DNA of 46,328 nucleotides, from positions 1 through 46,328 of the forward strand of contig NW_021834858.1 in NCBI RefSeq assembly GCF_006345805.1, written 5' to 3'. Each line of letters begins with the position of its first letter. The stretch's first letter is position 1. Positions 25,840 through 38,480 of this stretch are shown piece after piece. A program made the position numbers and the translations under genes. A model generated the notes under the pieces. That model did no database searches and had not been told where the DNA came from. It was given only the letters and a program-made list of their open reading frames with translations. The stretch comes from Octopus sinensis. Taxonomy: Eukaryota.

Positions 25840-26290
25840 CTTGTTTGGGAGAATTTGATGCAATTGCTTCCTCCAGAGTCATATCCCAACGCTGATCAAA
25901 TTCGTCGCAAAAAAAAATGATCTAAAAAAATCGCTGAAAACAATCCCAGTAATGAAAACTTGGTTTGCAGGTCCGGATTCAGCCCGGAATGTTTTTAATT
26001 TACTCAACAGAGTTGGCCTTTAAGATTATAAAAAATTGTTATCATACAAAAAAAATTTGTTGCAAAAAGTCACATAAAAAAAATCGCCGGAAACAATCAC
26101 AATAATAACTCGGGAAATCCAAAATTGTGGGTCTGGATTCGGCCCTGGAATGTTTTTAGTTTACTCAACAGAGTTAGTCCGATTCCAAAATGGTATGATA
26201 TGTTGGGATATGGCCTCTAGGAGTAAAGTTGAAAAAGGGTGACACACTGACACACTGACATTCACATTTATTATATTATTATATTATATT
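25840..26290 (-). mobile_element. Helitron/Helentron-associated (HINE/DINE-like) non-autonomous element candidate
   Basis: Inverted repeats CTCCAGAGTCATATCCCAAC / GTTGGGATATGGCCTCTAGGAG around a ~150-bp internal tandem repeat; end TATAATAAAATGTGAATGTCAGTGTGTCAGTG (reverse complement) has similar copies at ~26525-26560 and ~27395-27440. Confidence 0.45.
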
Positions 26291-26291
26291 A

Positions 26292-26505
26292 AGGTTGCGA
26301 GCTGGCGGAATCGTTAGCACGCCAGGCGAAATGCTTAACCGTATTTCATCTACCATTAGGTTTTGAGTTCGAATTCCGCCGAGGTCGACTTTGCTTTTCA
26401 TCCTGTCGGGGTCGATACAATTAGTACCAGTTACGCACTAGGGTCGATGTAATCGACTTAATCCCTTCCCAAAATTTGAGGCCTTGTGCTTCCAGTGGAA
26501 AGGAT
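26292..26505 (+). mobile_element. OK/MetaSINE-type SINE, full length
   Basis: tRNA head (GCTGGCGGAATCGTTAG...GAGTTCGAATTCC) plus Meta-like domain TTTCATCCTGTCGGGGTCGATAC..AGTACCAG. Confidence 0.88.
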
Positions 26506-26751
26506 TTATTAAAGTTGAAAATGCGTGACCCACTGACATTCACATTTAATATATTAGATATGTTTAAGTTGAGGGAAACTTTATTCATATATATATATAT
26601 ATGTGTGTATGTATGTATGCATGTATGTATTAAAGAAAGCAAATAATAAAACAAAAATGATAAAAGCAAAAGGCTAAATGTGTGTGTAAAAGTATTCAGT
26701 ATGTTGGTTCAGTGTTCAGTATGCTGGCCACAGGAATTTCAATTTAAGAGA

Positions 26752-26977
26752 CCTGGCAGAATCGTTAGCACGCCGGACGAAATGCGTAGCCGTATTTCGT
26801 CTGCCGTTACGTTCTGAGTTCAAATTCCGCCGAGGTCGACTTTGCCTTTCATCCTTTCGGGGTCGATAAATTAAGTACCAGTTACGCACTGGGGTCGATG
26901 TAATCGACTTAATCCGTTTGTCTGTCCTTGTTTGTCCCCCTCTGTGTATATCCCCTTCTGGGTAGTAAAGAAATATA
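26752..26977 (+). mobile_element. OK/MetaSINE-type SINE
   Basis: CTGGCAGAATCGTTAGCACGCCGG...GCCTTTCATCCTTTCGGGGTCGATAAATTAAGTACCAG. Confidence 0.88.
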
Positions 26978-27444
26978 TTTAAGAGACATGGTTAAAGAAA
27001 GCTATAAATCATCTCCCTTTTTCTTTAACATACCCACTTTCTTTTTCTCTCTCTATCTCTCTCTCTCTCCCTTTCTCTCTCCCTCTCTCCCTCTCTCTCT
27101 CCCTCTCTCCCTCTCTCTCTCCCTCTCCCTTTCTCTCCCTCTCTCTTTCTCTCTCTCTCCCTCTCTCTTGTTATTATTATTACTGCTACTGCCACCATCA
27201 ACACTATTACTTTTAACAAAACATCATCAACTCTCCCTAAATTTCTTTGTCTCTATTCCTCTCCCTCCATTTTTCTTTCTCTTTATTTCTCTGTCTGTCT
27301 TCGTCACCGCCCTCACCATCACTGTGCCTTCTATTACTCTCACCCCAGCATGAGGAACACAAGCATCATTGAACAGTGAGAGAGGGGGTTCAAAATGTGA
27401 CACACTGACACACAGAAATGAGTTTTCGCTTTTATTATATATGT

Positions 27445-27498
<54 letters not shown>

Positions 27499-27508
27499 CA
27501 TATTTAAA

Positions 27509-27596
27509 AGAAGAAGAAGAAGAAGAAGAAGAAGAAGAAGAAGAAGAAGAAGAAGAAGAAGAAGAAGAAGAAGAAGAAGAAGAAGAAGAAGAAGAA
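27509..27596. repeat. pure (GAA)n microsatellite, about 29 units
   Basis: Direct inspection. Confidence 0.97.
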
Positions 27597-27691
27597 AACG
27601 AAAATGGAGAATAGGAAGTTAATTGTTTATTATTAACAGCAAATTAATTATTTCCTTGGAAGAAACCAGCCTTTCATGAGTATATATAGTA

Positions 27692-27730
<39 letters not shown>

Positions 27731-27888
27731 CTTACAAATATATATGTGTATGTGTTTGTGTAAGTATGTATGTAAGTATATACATATTATCAATATATTA
27801 TGTATTGTCACTTTTTATTATTATTATCATTATTATTGTTATTATTATATTATTATTATTATTGTAAGTACATATAGTAAGTATATAT

Positions 27889-27964
<76 letters not shown>

Positions 27965-27977
27965 ATATATATATATA

Positions 27978-28016
<39 letters not shown>

Positions 28017-29458
28017 TTACATATATGTGAGTATATACATGTTTGTGCGTGTGTGTGTGTGTGTGTGTGTCTTTAAATGTCTGCTTGTGAGTGAATATAT
28101 ACACATACACGCACATGTACGTATGTATCATAATCATAAACATGCCAGATAAGTGAGAATGCAAAAGAAAAGATAGACCAAAATATCGCTGATGCCCACG
28201 CGAAGAAGACAAAAGAGAGAGAGAGATAAAGATGGAAAAGAACAGTAGAATGATCTTGGAAAGGATTGAGGGAGTGTGGAGTGGACGATAATGTGACCAA
28301 TAAGAAGCCAGTAAGTGGAGAGGGTCTATTAATTTTAAATAGAACAAGTGTTATTGTCCAGAGATGGGATTGGCGTATTGAGGACAAATATAATAAACAC
28401 AAGTGTAAATAAACCTAATAACTGCACTTATGCCTCACATAGTACGCATGAGCAGCATGCATGCGCGTGCACACGCACCACACACACACACACACATACA
28501 CACACACACATACACATATATACACTCACACACACATACGCGTGCACATATCACAACGCAAACAAATCGATGCAACGCAATAAACACAGTTCTGATTGAT
28601 GGCGGGAATTGAAAGTGAAAGGCAAAATTAGAGGAAGTAGAAACGTGTGTATCGATGTCCTAAGAGGCAGGAATGCTTAGACTGAAGGCAAAACACTTTT
28701 TTTTTTTGTTTTGTGTGCTTCATTTGAACCAACCCATGATGGCAAACACCGCAAACTTTGAGGTGGTCAAAAGCACAAACGAGTGAAAGTGTCGAACCAC
28801 AGGTTTGAAAACTCTTTAAACAGTGTTACCATTGTCTCGAAAATGCTCACACAACATGTCCCCGGTTGGAGAAAATGCAGTCAAAGTGGTAAACAGCATT
28901 GACATTTCACTTTGGACAGAGTATTGCAGTCAAGGGTGCATTGATGTGCAAGGCTGGCTACGTCTTGGAATGACGAAACTATTGACAAGGTTACGTGTAT
29001 AGTTTTGCTTTTGTTTTGTTTTTACTTTTTGAAATGGAATCTCTGGGTCGAATGGAACAAGACAGAAACTGTGGCAAATAATGTGCTGAATAGTCGAATC
29101 GCAAGATGGAAAGTGAGTCGAGCAAGAACTTGGACTCTGAGATTTGAGTGCGTGGTCTGAATGCGGCCACACGACTGTTGGAACTGAGCTCGCTGGAGAA
29201 CAATGTCCATGAAAAACTGGTGGCCCCTACATGAGGAGAAAGGAAATACTGCATTTTCCTTAAACTGGAAATGAAGTCAAAGTATTTGCTGCAAAGGCCG
29301 AGGGTCCAAGAGAGTTCAGAGAGCGGAGTGCCTCGCGGATGTAGATGTGTTAACAAACAGCAGCACCGGACTAGTTGTGTCAGCATACTGCAGCACCGGA
29401 CTAGTTGTGTCAGCATACAGCAGCATCGACATGCACATGACCCTCAACAGTAGCACAA

Positions 29459-29551
29459 ACCTAGATATGTTAACAAACAGTAAACCGACTGGATGTGGTA
29501 GCATATCTAGGTCGGAGCTGCTGATTGAGACACATCTGCGTCAGCTCCGAC
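29459..29551. other. two abutting stem-loops in unique sequence
   Basis: ACCTAGATATGTTA...TAGCATATCTAGGT (14-bp stem incl. one G-U) directly followed by GTCGGAGCTG...CAGCTCCGAC (10-bp perfect stem). Confidence 0.55.
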
Positions 29552-30104
29552 ATTGATATGTGAGCAAACGACAGCGAAATTGATAGGTGGTGGTGGTGGT
29601 GGTGGTGGTGGTGGTGGTGATGGTGGTGGTGATGGTGGTGGTGGTGATGGTGGTGGTGGTGGTGGTGTGGTGGTGGTGGTGGTGGTGGTGATGGTGGTGG
29701 GGTGGTGGTGGTGGTTATTTGTGACACAGTTGATATAAGGGCAGTGAGGATGTTAGTGAACTTTGATGGTCAAGTTAGTATAAGGGTGGTGCTGGTGGTG
29801 GGGGTGGTAGTGATGGTGAGGGTGATGGTGGTATTTGTGGTGATCATTGGTGGTGATGATGATAATGATGCCAATGATGATGATGATGATGATGATATTA
29901 GTGGTGGCGGTGGTGGTGATGGTGTTGTTGGTGGTGATGGCGCAAGAAGTGGTTGCGGTTATTTTGGGGGCGAGGTTTGATGTGATTTCATGGTGGATTC
30001 ATGGTTTCAAGTAACGTGGTAACACACACACACCACATACGCATACATACATACATACATACATACAACATACATACATACATATATATAGATATATAGA
30101 TATA

Positions 30105-30146
<42 letters not shown>

Positions 30147-30151
30147 TAGAT

Positions 30152-30187
<36 letters not shown>

Positions 30188-30206
30188 ATATAAAACAGTC
30201 ACTTAC

Positions 30207-30379
30207 CGTTACATAAAGTGTGACAGTCGAGATAGCATCAACGTTAATTCAAGGTCGCCTTTAACTACCAACTGGGAACTGGGCAAAGTTGACAAAGCAA
30301 TACTCTCTTACAACTGGATACAACCCGGTAGACTTGGACACAACTGAGAATTGTTGGACATCAGGTTGGACAAATGTCT
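30207..30379 (-). other. candidate exon (non-coding or stop-containing) in a unique island
   Basis: Reverse-complement acceptor ctcttatacAG and strong donor CG|GTAAGT; stops in all three frames. Confidence 0.3.
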
Positions 30380-30848
30380 CTGTATAAGAGTGTGACTGGT
30401 GAAGGAGGGGGTGGCTAAAGATATATTGTTAGTATTTAAGAGGCAGGAAGAGGTGATGGTTGTTGTTGACGATGGGATGACATGTGGTTGAGAGGAGAGG
30501 TTGATGATGGTGGTGATGGTGATGGTAGTGGTGGTGATGGTGGTGGTGGTGGTGGTGGTTGTGGTCGTAGCTAAGTGGTGGTGATAGAAGCTAAGTGGTA
30601 GCAGTGGCGGTAGCGGTGATAGTTAAGTGGTGGTATTGGTAGCAGTGCTGTTGTTGTTGTTGTTGTTAGCGGTGGTGGTGGTGGTGACTATGCTATAAAA
30701 GTACTTATCCAGTAGTAGTTGTAGTAGTAGTACTGGTGGTGGTAATGGTGGAAGTTGTGCTGATGGTGGGTTTGGTAGTAGTGATGTGGTGGTGGTGGTG
30801 GTGGTGGTGGTGGCCATGCTATAAAAGCGCTTATCCAGTAGTAGTAGT

Positions 30849-30925
<77 letters not shown>

Positions 30926-31242
30926 CCGCAACAGTTGCAGCAGCAATTTTGGGTGGGGTGAGGGAGAAAGCCGTTCTTCAAGGACTGGGTCGTAATAATA
31001 ATTGTTGCTCTTATTTAACCCCAGGTCAACCCTGATCGAGTGAACTTATGATCAATGAGTTACGGTTGTGACCGTCCTTACTTTTATTGAAACAGTTTAT
31101 TCCCGGCAACATTATCTCAATTGTAATATGAGAAAGATTTGAGTGCTATTTTTAACAAATCGAATGACTGCCTAGATGCTCTCTGTGCTTGGGATTGATG
31201 TGAATGGTGTTTCTGCTGTTGCTGTTGTTGCTGTTGTTGTCG

Positions 31243-31280
<38 letters not shown>

Positions 31281-31859
31281 TAGCCTTTGGTCAGCCATGG
31301 TGCAGGAAATATGCTCACACCCATTCCATTTATACTACCAGTCTATTTAGGATCGCATTAACCAATGTGCTCTCCCTTTCATTGTAGCAGTGTGTGGGCG
31401 TGTGTGTGTGTGTATATGTACGTGTGTGCGTGTGTTTGTGTGTTTAGGTGAGTGTGTGTGTGTGTATGTGTGTGTATGTACGTGTGTGCATGTGTTTGTG
31501 TGTTTAGGTGTGAGTGTGTGTGTGTGTATGTACGTGTGTGCATCTGTTTGTGCGTTTAGGTGTGAGTGTGTGTGTGTACGTGTGTGCATGTGTTTGTGTT
31601 TAGGTGTAAGTGTGTGTGTGTGTGTGTGCGCGCGTGCAAGTGTGTGTGTGTATGTATGTGTGTGCATGTGAGTGTGCATGCGTGGGTAAGACAGTGACCG
31701 AAAGATCTGAAGTAGGCTAGGCTGTTATTTCTAGCAGTTCGAGCGATCCCAAATATGTTGTCCATACAGAGTTGTGTGTGTTACAAATGATGATGTCAAG
31801 CAATTTACATTACTATTAAAATTGTTCGTGTTGTTAATGAAGTTGCCACTGTTACAGCG

Positions 31860-32283
31860 TTGATAGCGGCGACAGAAGAGGCGACGGCAGCGGCGACGGA
31901 AGAGGCGACGGCAGCGGCGACGGCAGCAACGACGGCAGCTGCGACGGTAGCGGCGACGGCAGCGGCGACGGCAGCGGCGACGGCAGCGGCGACGGCAGCG
32001 GCGACGGCAGCGGCGACGGCAGCGGCGACGGCAGCGGCGACGGCAGCGGCGACGGCAGCGGCGACGGCAGCGGCGACGGCAGCGGCGACGGCAGCTGCTA
32101 CGGTAGCGGTGACGGCAGCGGCGACGGCAGCGGCGACGGCAGCTGCGACGGTAGCGGCGACTTCAGCGGTGACGGCAGAGACGACAGCAGTGTTAATGGC
32201 AGCGGCGACGGCAGCGGCGACGGCAGCGGCGACGGCAGCGGCGACAGCAGCGGTAATGACAGCGGGGGCGGCAGCGGCGGCGA
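31860..32283. repeat. GC/CpG-rich 12-bp minisatellite (GCAGCGGCGACG)n
   Basis: Direct inspection; open on both strands as Ala-rich repeats. Confidence 0.93.
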
Positions 32284-32787
32284 AGGTGATGTCGGTGGCG
32301 GGGATTGCGGTTTTAACAGACAGTGGCAGGAATAGAAGGGGTGACGGGAATGGTGGTGCTGACGGTAATGACGGTGGTGACGGTAATGACGACGGCGACA
32401 GCGGTAAAAGCGGCGGTGCCGGCAATTGCGGTGGTGGTGGCGGTGGTGATGGCGGTGGTGATGGCGGTGGTAGTAGTTGTGCTGATGGATGTAGTAACAA
32501 TGGTGGTAGTGGTGACGATTATTTCATTCCAGTTTTTGCAGATGTTACATGCATCTTTCTACTTTCGCTTGATGTTTAGGGTCACTGTTATAGTGATGTA
32601 ATGTTACTGTAATCTTTTACGGTGATGATGATGAGGAGGAGGAGGAGGGGGAGGAGGAGGATTATCAGATTGATGACGGTGATGGTCGTAGTCATGGTAG
32701 TGATGGTGGCGTTGACCACTTCTAGATATTAGTATTTACGGTAAATATCCATTAATCCTCCTCAATCGACAGACAGATAGATAGATA

Positions 32788-33936
32788 AGTTTCTTTATTG
32801 GCCACACAGGACTGCACACAGATGGGACAAGTTACAAGGTAGAGCTTTTCTTTTGGGGGAGAAAAAAAAAAGGTGGCGTAGGTTTTCGATCAAAAGGAAT
32901 CGTACAAGGGAAAAAAGAGCAAACAAAAAAAGAAAAAAAGGAAAAGAAAAAAAAGAAAAAAGGAAAAGAAAAAAAGAAAAAAGGGAAAAAAAGAAAAGAA
33001 AAATGAAAAAAAGAAGAAAAAAGAGGAAAAAAGTGGAAGAGGAAAAAAACGATCAATAGGGATCGTGTATCACAGTGTCATGATGTATGGTGTAAAGGGG
33101 AAAGCAAGTAAGGTTTATCCGTGGGAAGAAAAGTCTACGAAAAAGACCACGGTAACCTTGGTCAATATTGTTATATGTTACCACATTTGTTTGCAAGTGG
33201 GTAACCCTCTGTTTTCAATTTCTGGGTTCATAGGATTATGCTCAAGGTGGCTTCGTCATTCATACGTGCCATCCTTGCTACATTCACCCATCTTTTTTTA
33301 AAACGTTCGCTAGACAAAACTTGCCTCTCTACTCTCACTTTCCTTTTCAAGTGGTACTTGAAGAAGTTGATGAGAGGTTGACCAGAGAGGAAAGTGTTTG
33401 TCTCTAATCCTTTCAGACGCGTCCACCAGATACATTCTTTCGCCATAGCCACAAGGATGATGAAAATAGCTCTTCCTTCCCGTTTGAAGGAAGGAGGCGT
33501 GACAATATTGACGATAGACTCAGCTAATAAACCGACTCGTCCTACACGTGACAGCTGTTGTTCGACATAAGCCCACAAGTCGGAAATTGTTGGACACTGC
33601 ACGAGTGCGTGCAGAACGGTTTCGTCGCTCTGACCACATCTCGGGCAGGTCGGCCCCGTGTTTCTCGAGCCGTGTCTGTAGAGCTTATCCCGAACGGGTA
33701 GCGCTTCTCGGTAGCACTGCCAGGCCAGAGATCTCTGGAAGTTGTCCATGGGCCCTGGCCCGAAAGTCGTCCCGAACAGGCGGGTCAGGTATTCCTCGTC
33801 GATGTCCAGGTTCGCCCCGAGCTCGTCGTCGTACCTCCTCTCCACTAATCCCCTATAGAATGCTTTGGTTGTGATGGAGTCACTCAAGGTTGACCCAGGA
33901 CGGCAGAGTTGCTTGAGAGCAACGCGACACAAGCGG
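32788..33936 (-). mobile_element. Tx1-clade LINE 3' fragment, copy 1, in (GATA)n
   Basis: ORF2 C-terminus with zf-RVT motif LAWQ..ALPVRDKL..CPRC..ETVLHALVQCP; 3' UTR ends AATAAAGAAAC then (TATC)n. Confidence 0.88.
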
Positions 33937-34038
<102 letters not shown>

Positions 34039-34793
34039 TGTTTCTTTATTAGCCACACAGGGCTGCACACAGATAGAACAAATTACAAGGTAGAGCTTTT
34101 CTTTTGAAGGTTTAAAAAAAAAAAAAAAATAATAATAATAATAATAATAATAAAATAACAAATTATATAAAATAAAAAAGGGGGGGTCGATCAAAAGGGA
34201 TCGTAAAAGGAGAGAAAGAGGACAAAAAAAGGGGGGGTTAAAAAAAAGGGGGAGAGGAAAAAAAAATTGATCAATAGGGATCGTTATCACAGAAATGTCA
34301 ATATGAACTGTAAAGGGGAGGACAGGTGAGGTTTACCCGTGGAAAGAAAAGCCTACGGAAAAGACCACGGTAACCTCGGTCAATGAAGTCACATGTTATA
34401 TTTCTTTTTTTTTTTTTTGCAAATAAGCAACTCTCTGTATTAATTTTTACGGTTCATAGAATCATAGTCAAGGTGGCTTCGTCATTCATACGTGCCATCC
34501 TTGCTACATTCACCCATATTTTTTTTAAAACATTCACTAGACAAAACTTGCCTCTCTACTCTCACTTTTTTCTTCAAGTGATACTTGAAGAAGTTGATGA
34601 GAGATTGACCAGAGAGGAAAGTGTTTGTCTCTAATCCTTTCAGACGCGTCCACCAGATACATTCTTTCGCCATAGCCACAAGTATGATGAAAATAGCTCT
34701 TCCTTCCCGTTTGAAGGAAGGAGGCGTGACGATATTAACGATAGACTCGGCTGATAAACCGACACGTCCCACACGTGACAGCAGTCGTTCGAC

Positions 34794-34796
<3 letters not shown>
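34039..34796 (-). mobile_element. Tx1-clade LINE 3' fragment, copy 2, in (GATA)n
   Basis: Homologous to copies 1 and 3 with the same 3' end and a shorter 5' extent; (GATA)n on both sides. Confidence 0.88.
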
Positions 34797-34844
<48 letters not shown>

Positions 34845-36328
34845 TGTTACTTTATTAGCCACACAGGGCTGCACACAGACAGGACAAATTACAAGGTAGA
34901 GCTTTTCATTGGGGAGTAAAAAAAGGGGTTTTGGTTTTCGATCAAAAGGGATCGTAAAAGGAAAGAAAGAGGACAAAAAAAGGGGGTGGGATAGAAAATA
35001 AAAGGAAAAGGAAAAAAAATCGATCAATAGGGATCGCTATCACAGAAATGTCAATATAAAGTGTATAGGGGAGAACAGGTGAGGTTTACCCGTGGAAAGA
35101 AAAGCCTACGGAAAAGACCACGGTAACCTCGGTCAATGAAGTCACATGTCATTTTTTTTACAAATAAGCAACTCTCTGTATTAATTGTTACGGTTCATAG
35201 GATCATAGTCAAGGTGGCTTCGTCATTCATACGTGCCATCCTTGCTACATTCACCCATCTTTTTTAAAAACACTCACTAGATAAAACTTGCCTCTCTACT
35301 CTCACTTTCCTCTTCAAGTGATACTTGAAGAAGTTGATGAGAGATTGACCAGAGAGGAAAGTGTTTGTCTCTAATCCTTTTAGGCGTGTCCACCAGATAC
35401 ATTCTTTCGCCATAGCCACAAGTTTGATAAAAATAGCTCTTCCTTCCCGTTTGAAGGAAGGAGGCATGACGACATTAACGATAGACTCGGCTGATAAACC
35501 GACACGTCCCACACGTGACAGCTGTCGTTCAACATAAGCCCACAGGTCGGAGATTGTTGGACACTGCACGAGTGCGTGCAGAACGGTTTCGTCGCTCTGA
35601 CCACATCTCGGGCAGGTCGGCCCCGTGTTTCTCGAGCCATGCCTATAGAGCTTATCCCGAACGGGTAGCGCTTCTCGGTAGCACTGCCAGGCCAGGGATC
35701 TCTGGAAGTTGTCCATAGGTCCCGGCCCAAAAGTCGTTTCAAACAGGCGGGTCAGGTATTCCTCGTCGACGCCCAGGTTCGCCCCAAGATCGTCGTCGTA
35801 CCTCCCCTCCACTAATCCCCTATAGAATGCTTTGGTTGTGTTGAAGTCACTCAAGGTCGACCCGGGACGGCAGAGTTGCTTAAGAGCAACGCGACACTCG
35901 CGGTGCCATTCGCCCTTCCTCGGCCTCTTTTTGATCCACGACTGCAGTTCGATCATGGAGACGACTTGCGGGAATGCGACCACACCTGTTCACCGTCGTC
36001 TACATAGAGCCGGAGATGTCGCAGTCTCAGCGCGTGTCTGCGCATCATCAACCACGGCATGCCCAGCCCTCCTTTTTACGGATGTTGACAGCAAATGGAT
36101 CGCCTGACCATCGGGACGCATCCTTTCCACAAGAAGAGGAAGAGAATGCGTTCTAGTTTGGTGATGGTAGGGTCGGGACAAGGTACGACGGTCAGGCGGT
36201 AGTAGATGATGGACGCGATGTACGTGTTCGCCACCTCCGCCCGACCTTTTAGGGACAGTTTCCTCTCGGCCCATTGCCGGGCGAGAGTGACCACCCTACT
36301 CGTTATCTCGTTCCAGTTCTTCTCGCTT
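34845..36328 (-). mobile_element. Tx1-clade LINE 3' fragment, copy 3 (longest), in (GATA)n
   Basis: W.ERKLSLKGRAEVAN...S.IYY and GGLGMP post-RT motifs plus CCHC zinc finger; (GATA)n on both sides. Confidence 0.9.
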
Positions 36329-36396
<68 letters not shown>

Positions 36397-36417
36397 CAGA
36401 CAGATAGACAGATAGAC

Positions 36418-36474
<57 letters not shown>

Positions 36475-36582
36475 TACATACATACATACATACATACATA
36501 CATACATACATACATACATGTATAAAATATATGTATAAATATGTATATATATATGTGTGTGTGTGTTGTGTGTGTGTGTTCA

Positions 36583-36788
36583 TTTATTCTTTTATTTGTT
36601 TCAGCCATTTGAATGCGGCCTTGCTGGAGCATCGCCTTTAGTCGAACAAATCGTCACCAGGACGTATTCTTTGTAAGCCTGGTACTTATTCTATCGGTCT
36701 ATTTTGCCGAACGTTACGGGTATTAAACACGCCAACATCGGTTGTCAAGTGATGTTGGGTGGGGGACAAACACAGACACAAAAACATA

Positions 36789-36849
<61 letters not shown>

Positions 36850-37011
36850 CGGGCCTCTTTCAGTTTCCGTCTCCCAAATTCACACACAAGGTTTTGGTCG
36901 GCCCGAGGCTATAGCAAAAGATCCTTGCCCAAGGTCCCACTGCGTCAGTGGGACTGAACCCAGAACCATGTAATTGGTAAGCAAGCTACTTACCACACAG
37001 CCTCTCCTATA
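36583..37011 (-). mobile_element. OR/CORE-type SINE, full length
   Basis: Reverse-complement head GGCTGTGTGGTAAG...GGGTTCAGTCCCAC, CORE-like ACCTTGGGCAAG..CTATAGCCTCGGG, internal (CA)n. Confidence 0.85.
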
Positions 37012-37104
37012 CATAAATATATATATATATTTATGTATGAATGTATATACACATACATATTTATACCTACATATATACACACACATACACATACACGCAC
37101 GCCC

Positions 37105-37163
<59 letters not shown>

Positions 37164-37256
37164 TATATGTATATATATGTGTACGTATATATACATATGT
37201 ATATATCATATATGTATGTATGTATATATGGGTGTGTCTGCATTAATATATATACC

Positions 37257-37970
37257 ACATCATTAAAAAACATTCGAAAATCAAATACATAACATACATT
37301 CTTCTATATTTACAAAATGGATATATAAATTCCAAATATATAAATATAAAAATATATATAAATAGATAAATATCGATGTGATACATAAAACACAGTAAAT
37401 TTACATTTAAAAGTCATAATATATTAGTATAATTAACAATTTGGGATGATAAAACATTAAAAGGATGTACTAAAATTCCACGAAAATAATATAACTATTC
37501 ATCTATGGGCCGTTTCAGAGACGTGCCAAGTAATATCATATATTTCATATTTTTAAAACTCACAATAACATACCAGCTCACAGGTGGCTGGTATGTAATT
37601 GCATAATAGTATTTCTGTATTTGTTTTCTCTATATTGTGTGTGAAAACATCCTGTTGAGGGGAGTGTCAGTTTTCAAAATATGAAATATATCATATTACT
37701 TGGCACGTCTCTGAAAAGGTCCATAGATGGAACTTTAAATTTTTTAATTTTTGTATTATTTTCGTGGGATTTTAGTACGTCCTATTAATGTTTTATCTTC
37801 CCAAATTGTTAATTACACCAATGTAAATTCACTGTTTTATGTATCACATCGATATTTATCTATTTATAAATATTTATATATTTATATATTTGGAATTTAT
37901 ATATCCGTTTTGTAAATCTGGAAGAATGTATGTATGTATTTCATTTTCGAGTATTGTTTTTTAATGATGT
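37257..37970. repeat. long inverted repeat, ~300-bp arms with ~110-bp spacer
   Basis: 37257-37560 is the diverged reverse complement of 37669-37970 (e.g. TCAGAGACGTGCCAAGTAATAT / ATATTACTTGGCACGTCTCTGA). Confidence 0.92.
37648..37729 (+). ncRNA. hammerhead-like motif with greatly extended stem II
   Basis: CAUC-CUGUUGA-[GGGGAGUGUCAG..AAUAUGA aauaua UCAUAUU..UUGGCAC g UCUCU]-GAAA-aggucca-UA-GAUG; stem III degenerate. Confidence 0.5.
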
Positions 37971-38258
37971 TCCTCTAGTTTCCGCTTGCATTGCATCTAT
38001 TGAAATTAATAAGTGGAATATAACTCACTTAGAGCACTACAACTCCAGTCTGTATTTTATTTGCGAGTATTGTTAACACTAGCAATCTCAAAATAAAGTA
38101 GTGTATGTTATATATATATATATATTAAAATTTCTAAGTCTCTCTAAAGGAGACTACGGCAGCGGTACTGGAAATTAACATATATATATATAAGAATTTT
38201 TTACGTAATGAGATAAAAACCAAGGCTGTGTAGATATTAGAACATTTATAGATAGAAG

Positions 38259-38310
38259 GTCTTACAGCTGTTTCCAGGATATTTATTAATTATATCCCTT
38301 AATCGGAGAC
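38259..38310 (-). ncRNA. degenerate hammerhead motif
   Basis: Reverse complement: GUCU-CCGAUUA-A-GGGAUAU..AUAUCCU g-GAAA-CAGCUG-UA-AGAC; palindromic stem III intact, core has two changes. Confidence 0.55.
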
Positions 38311-38480
38311 GGATGATTAAGTCATAGTTAGTTTAGATGTGACACAAAATAGGGATCACTTTTGAAGTATACTAATGCTATCATATACAATTTGATAAAA
38401 GTTAAATTGTAATTATTGCATGTATGTCATATTTCTCGATATCACCTATGGTGACAAAAGAGTATAATGGTAGCAATTAA

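Noticed and set aside
27369-27614. Poly-Glu ORF (also the poly-His, poly-Gly and poly-Leu ORFs at 29.5-31 kb and the Lys-rich ORF at 32853)
   Set aside because: Trinucleotide repeats, or the antisense of the Tx1 T-rich 3' UTR.
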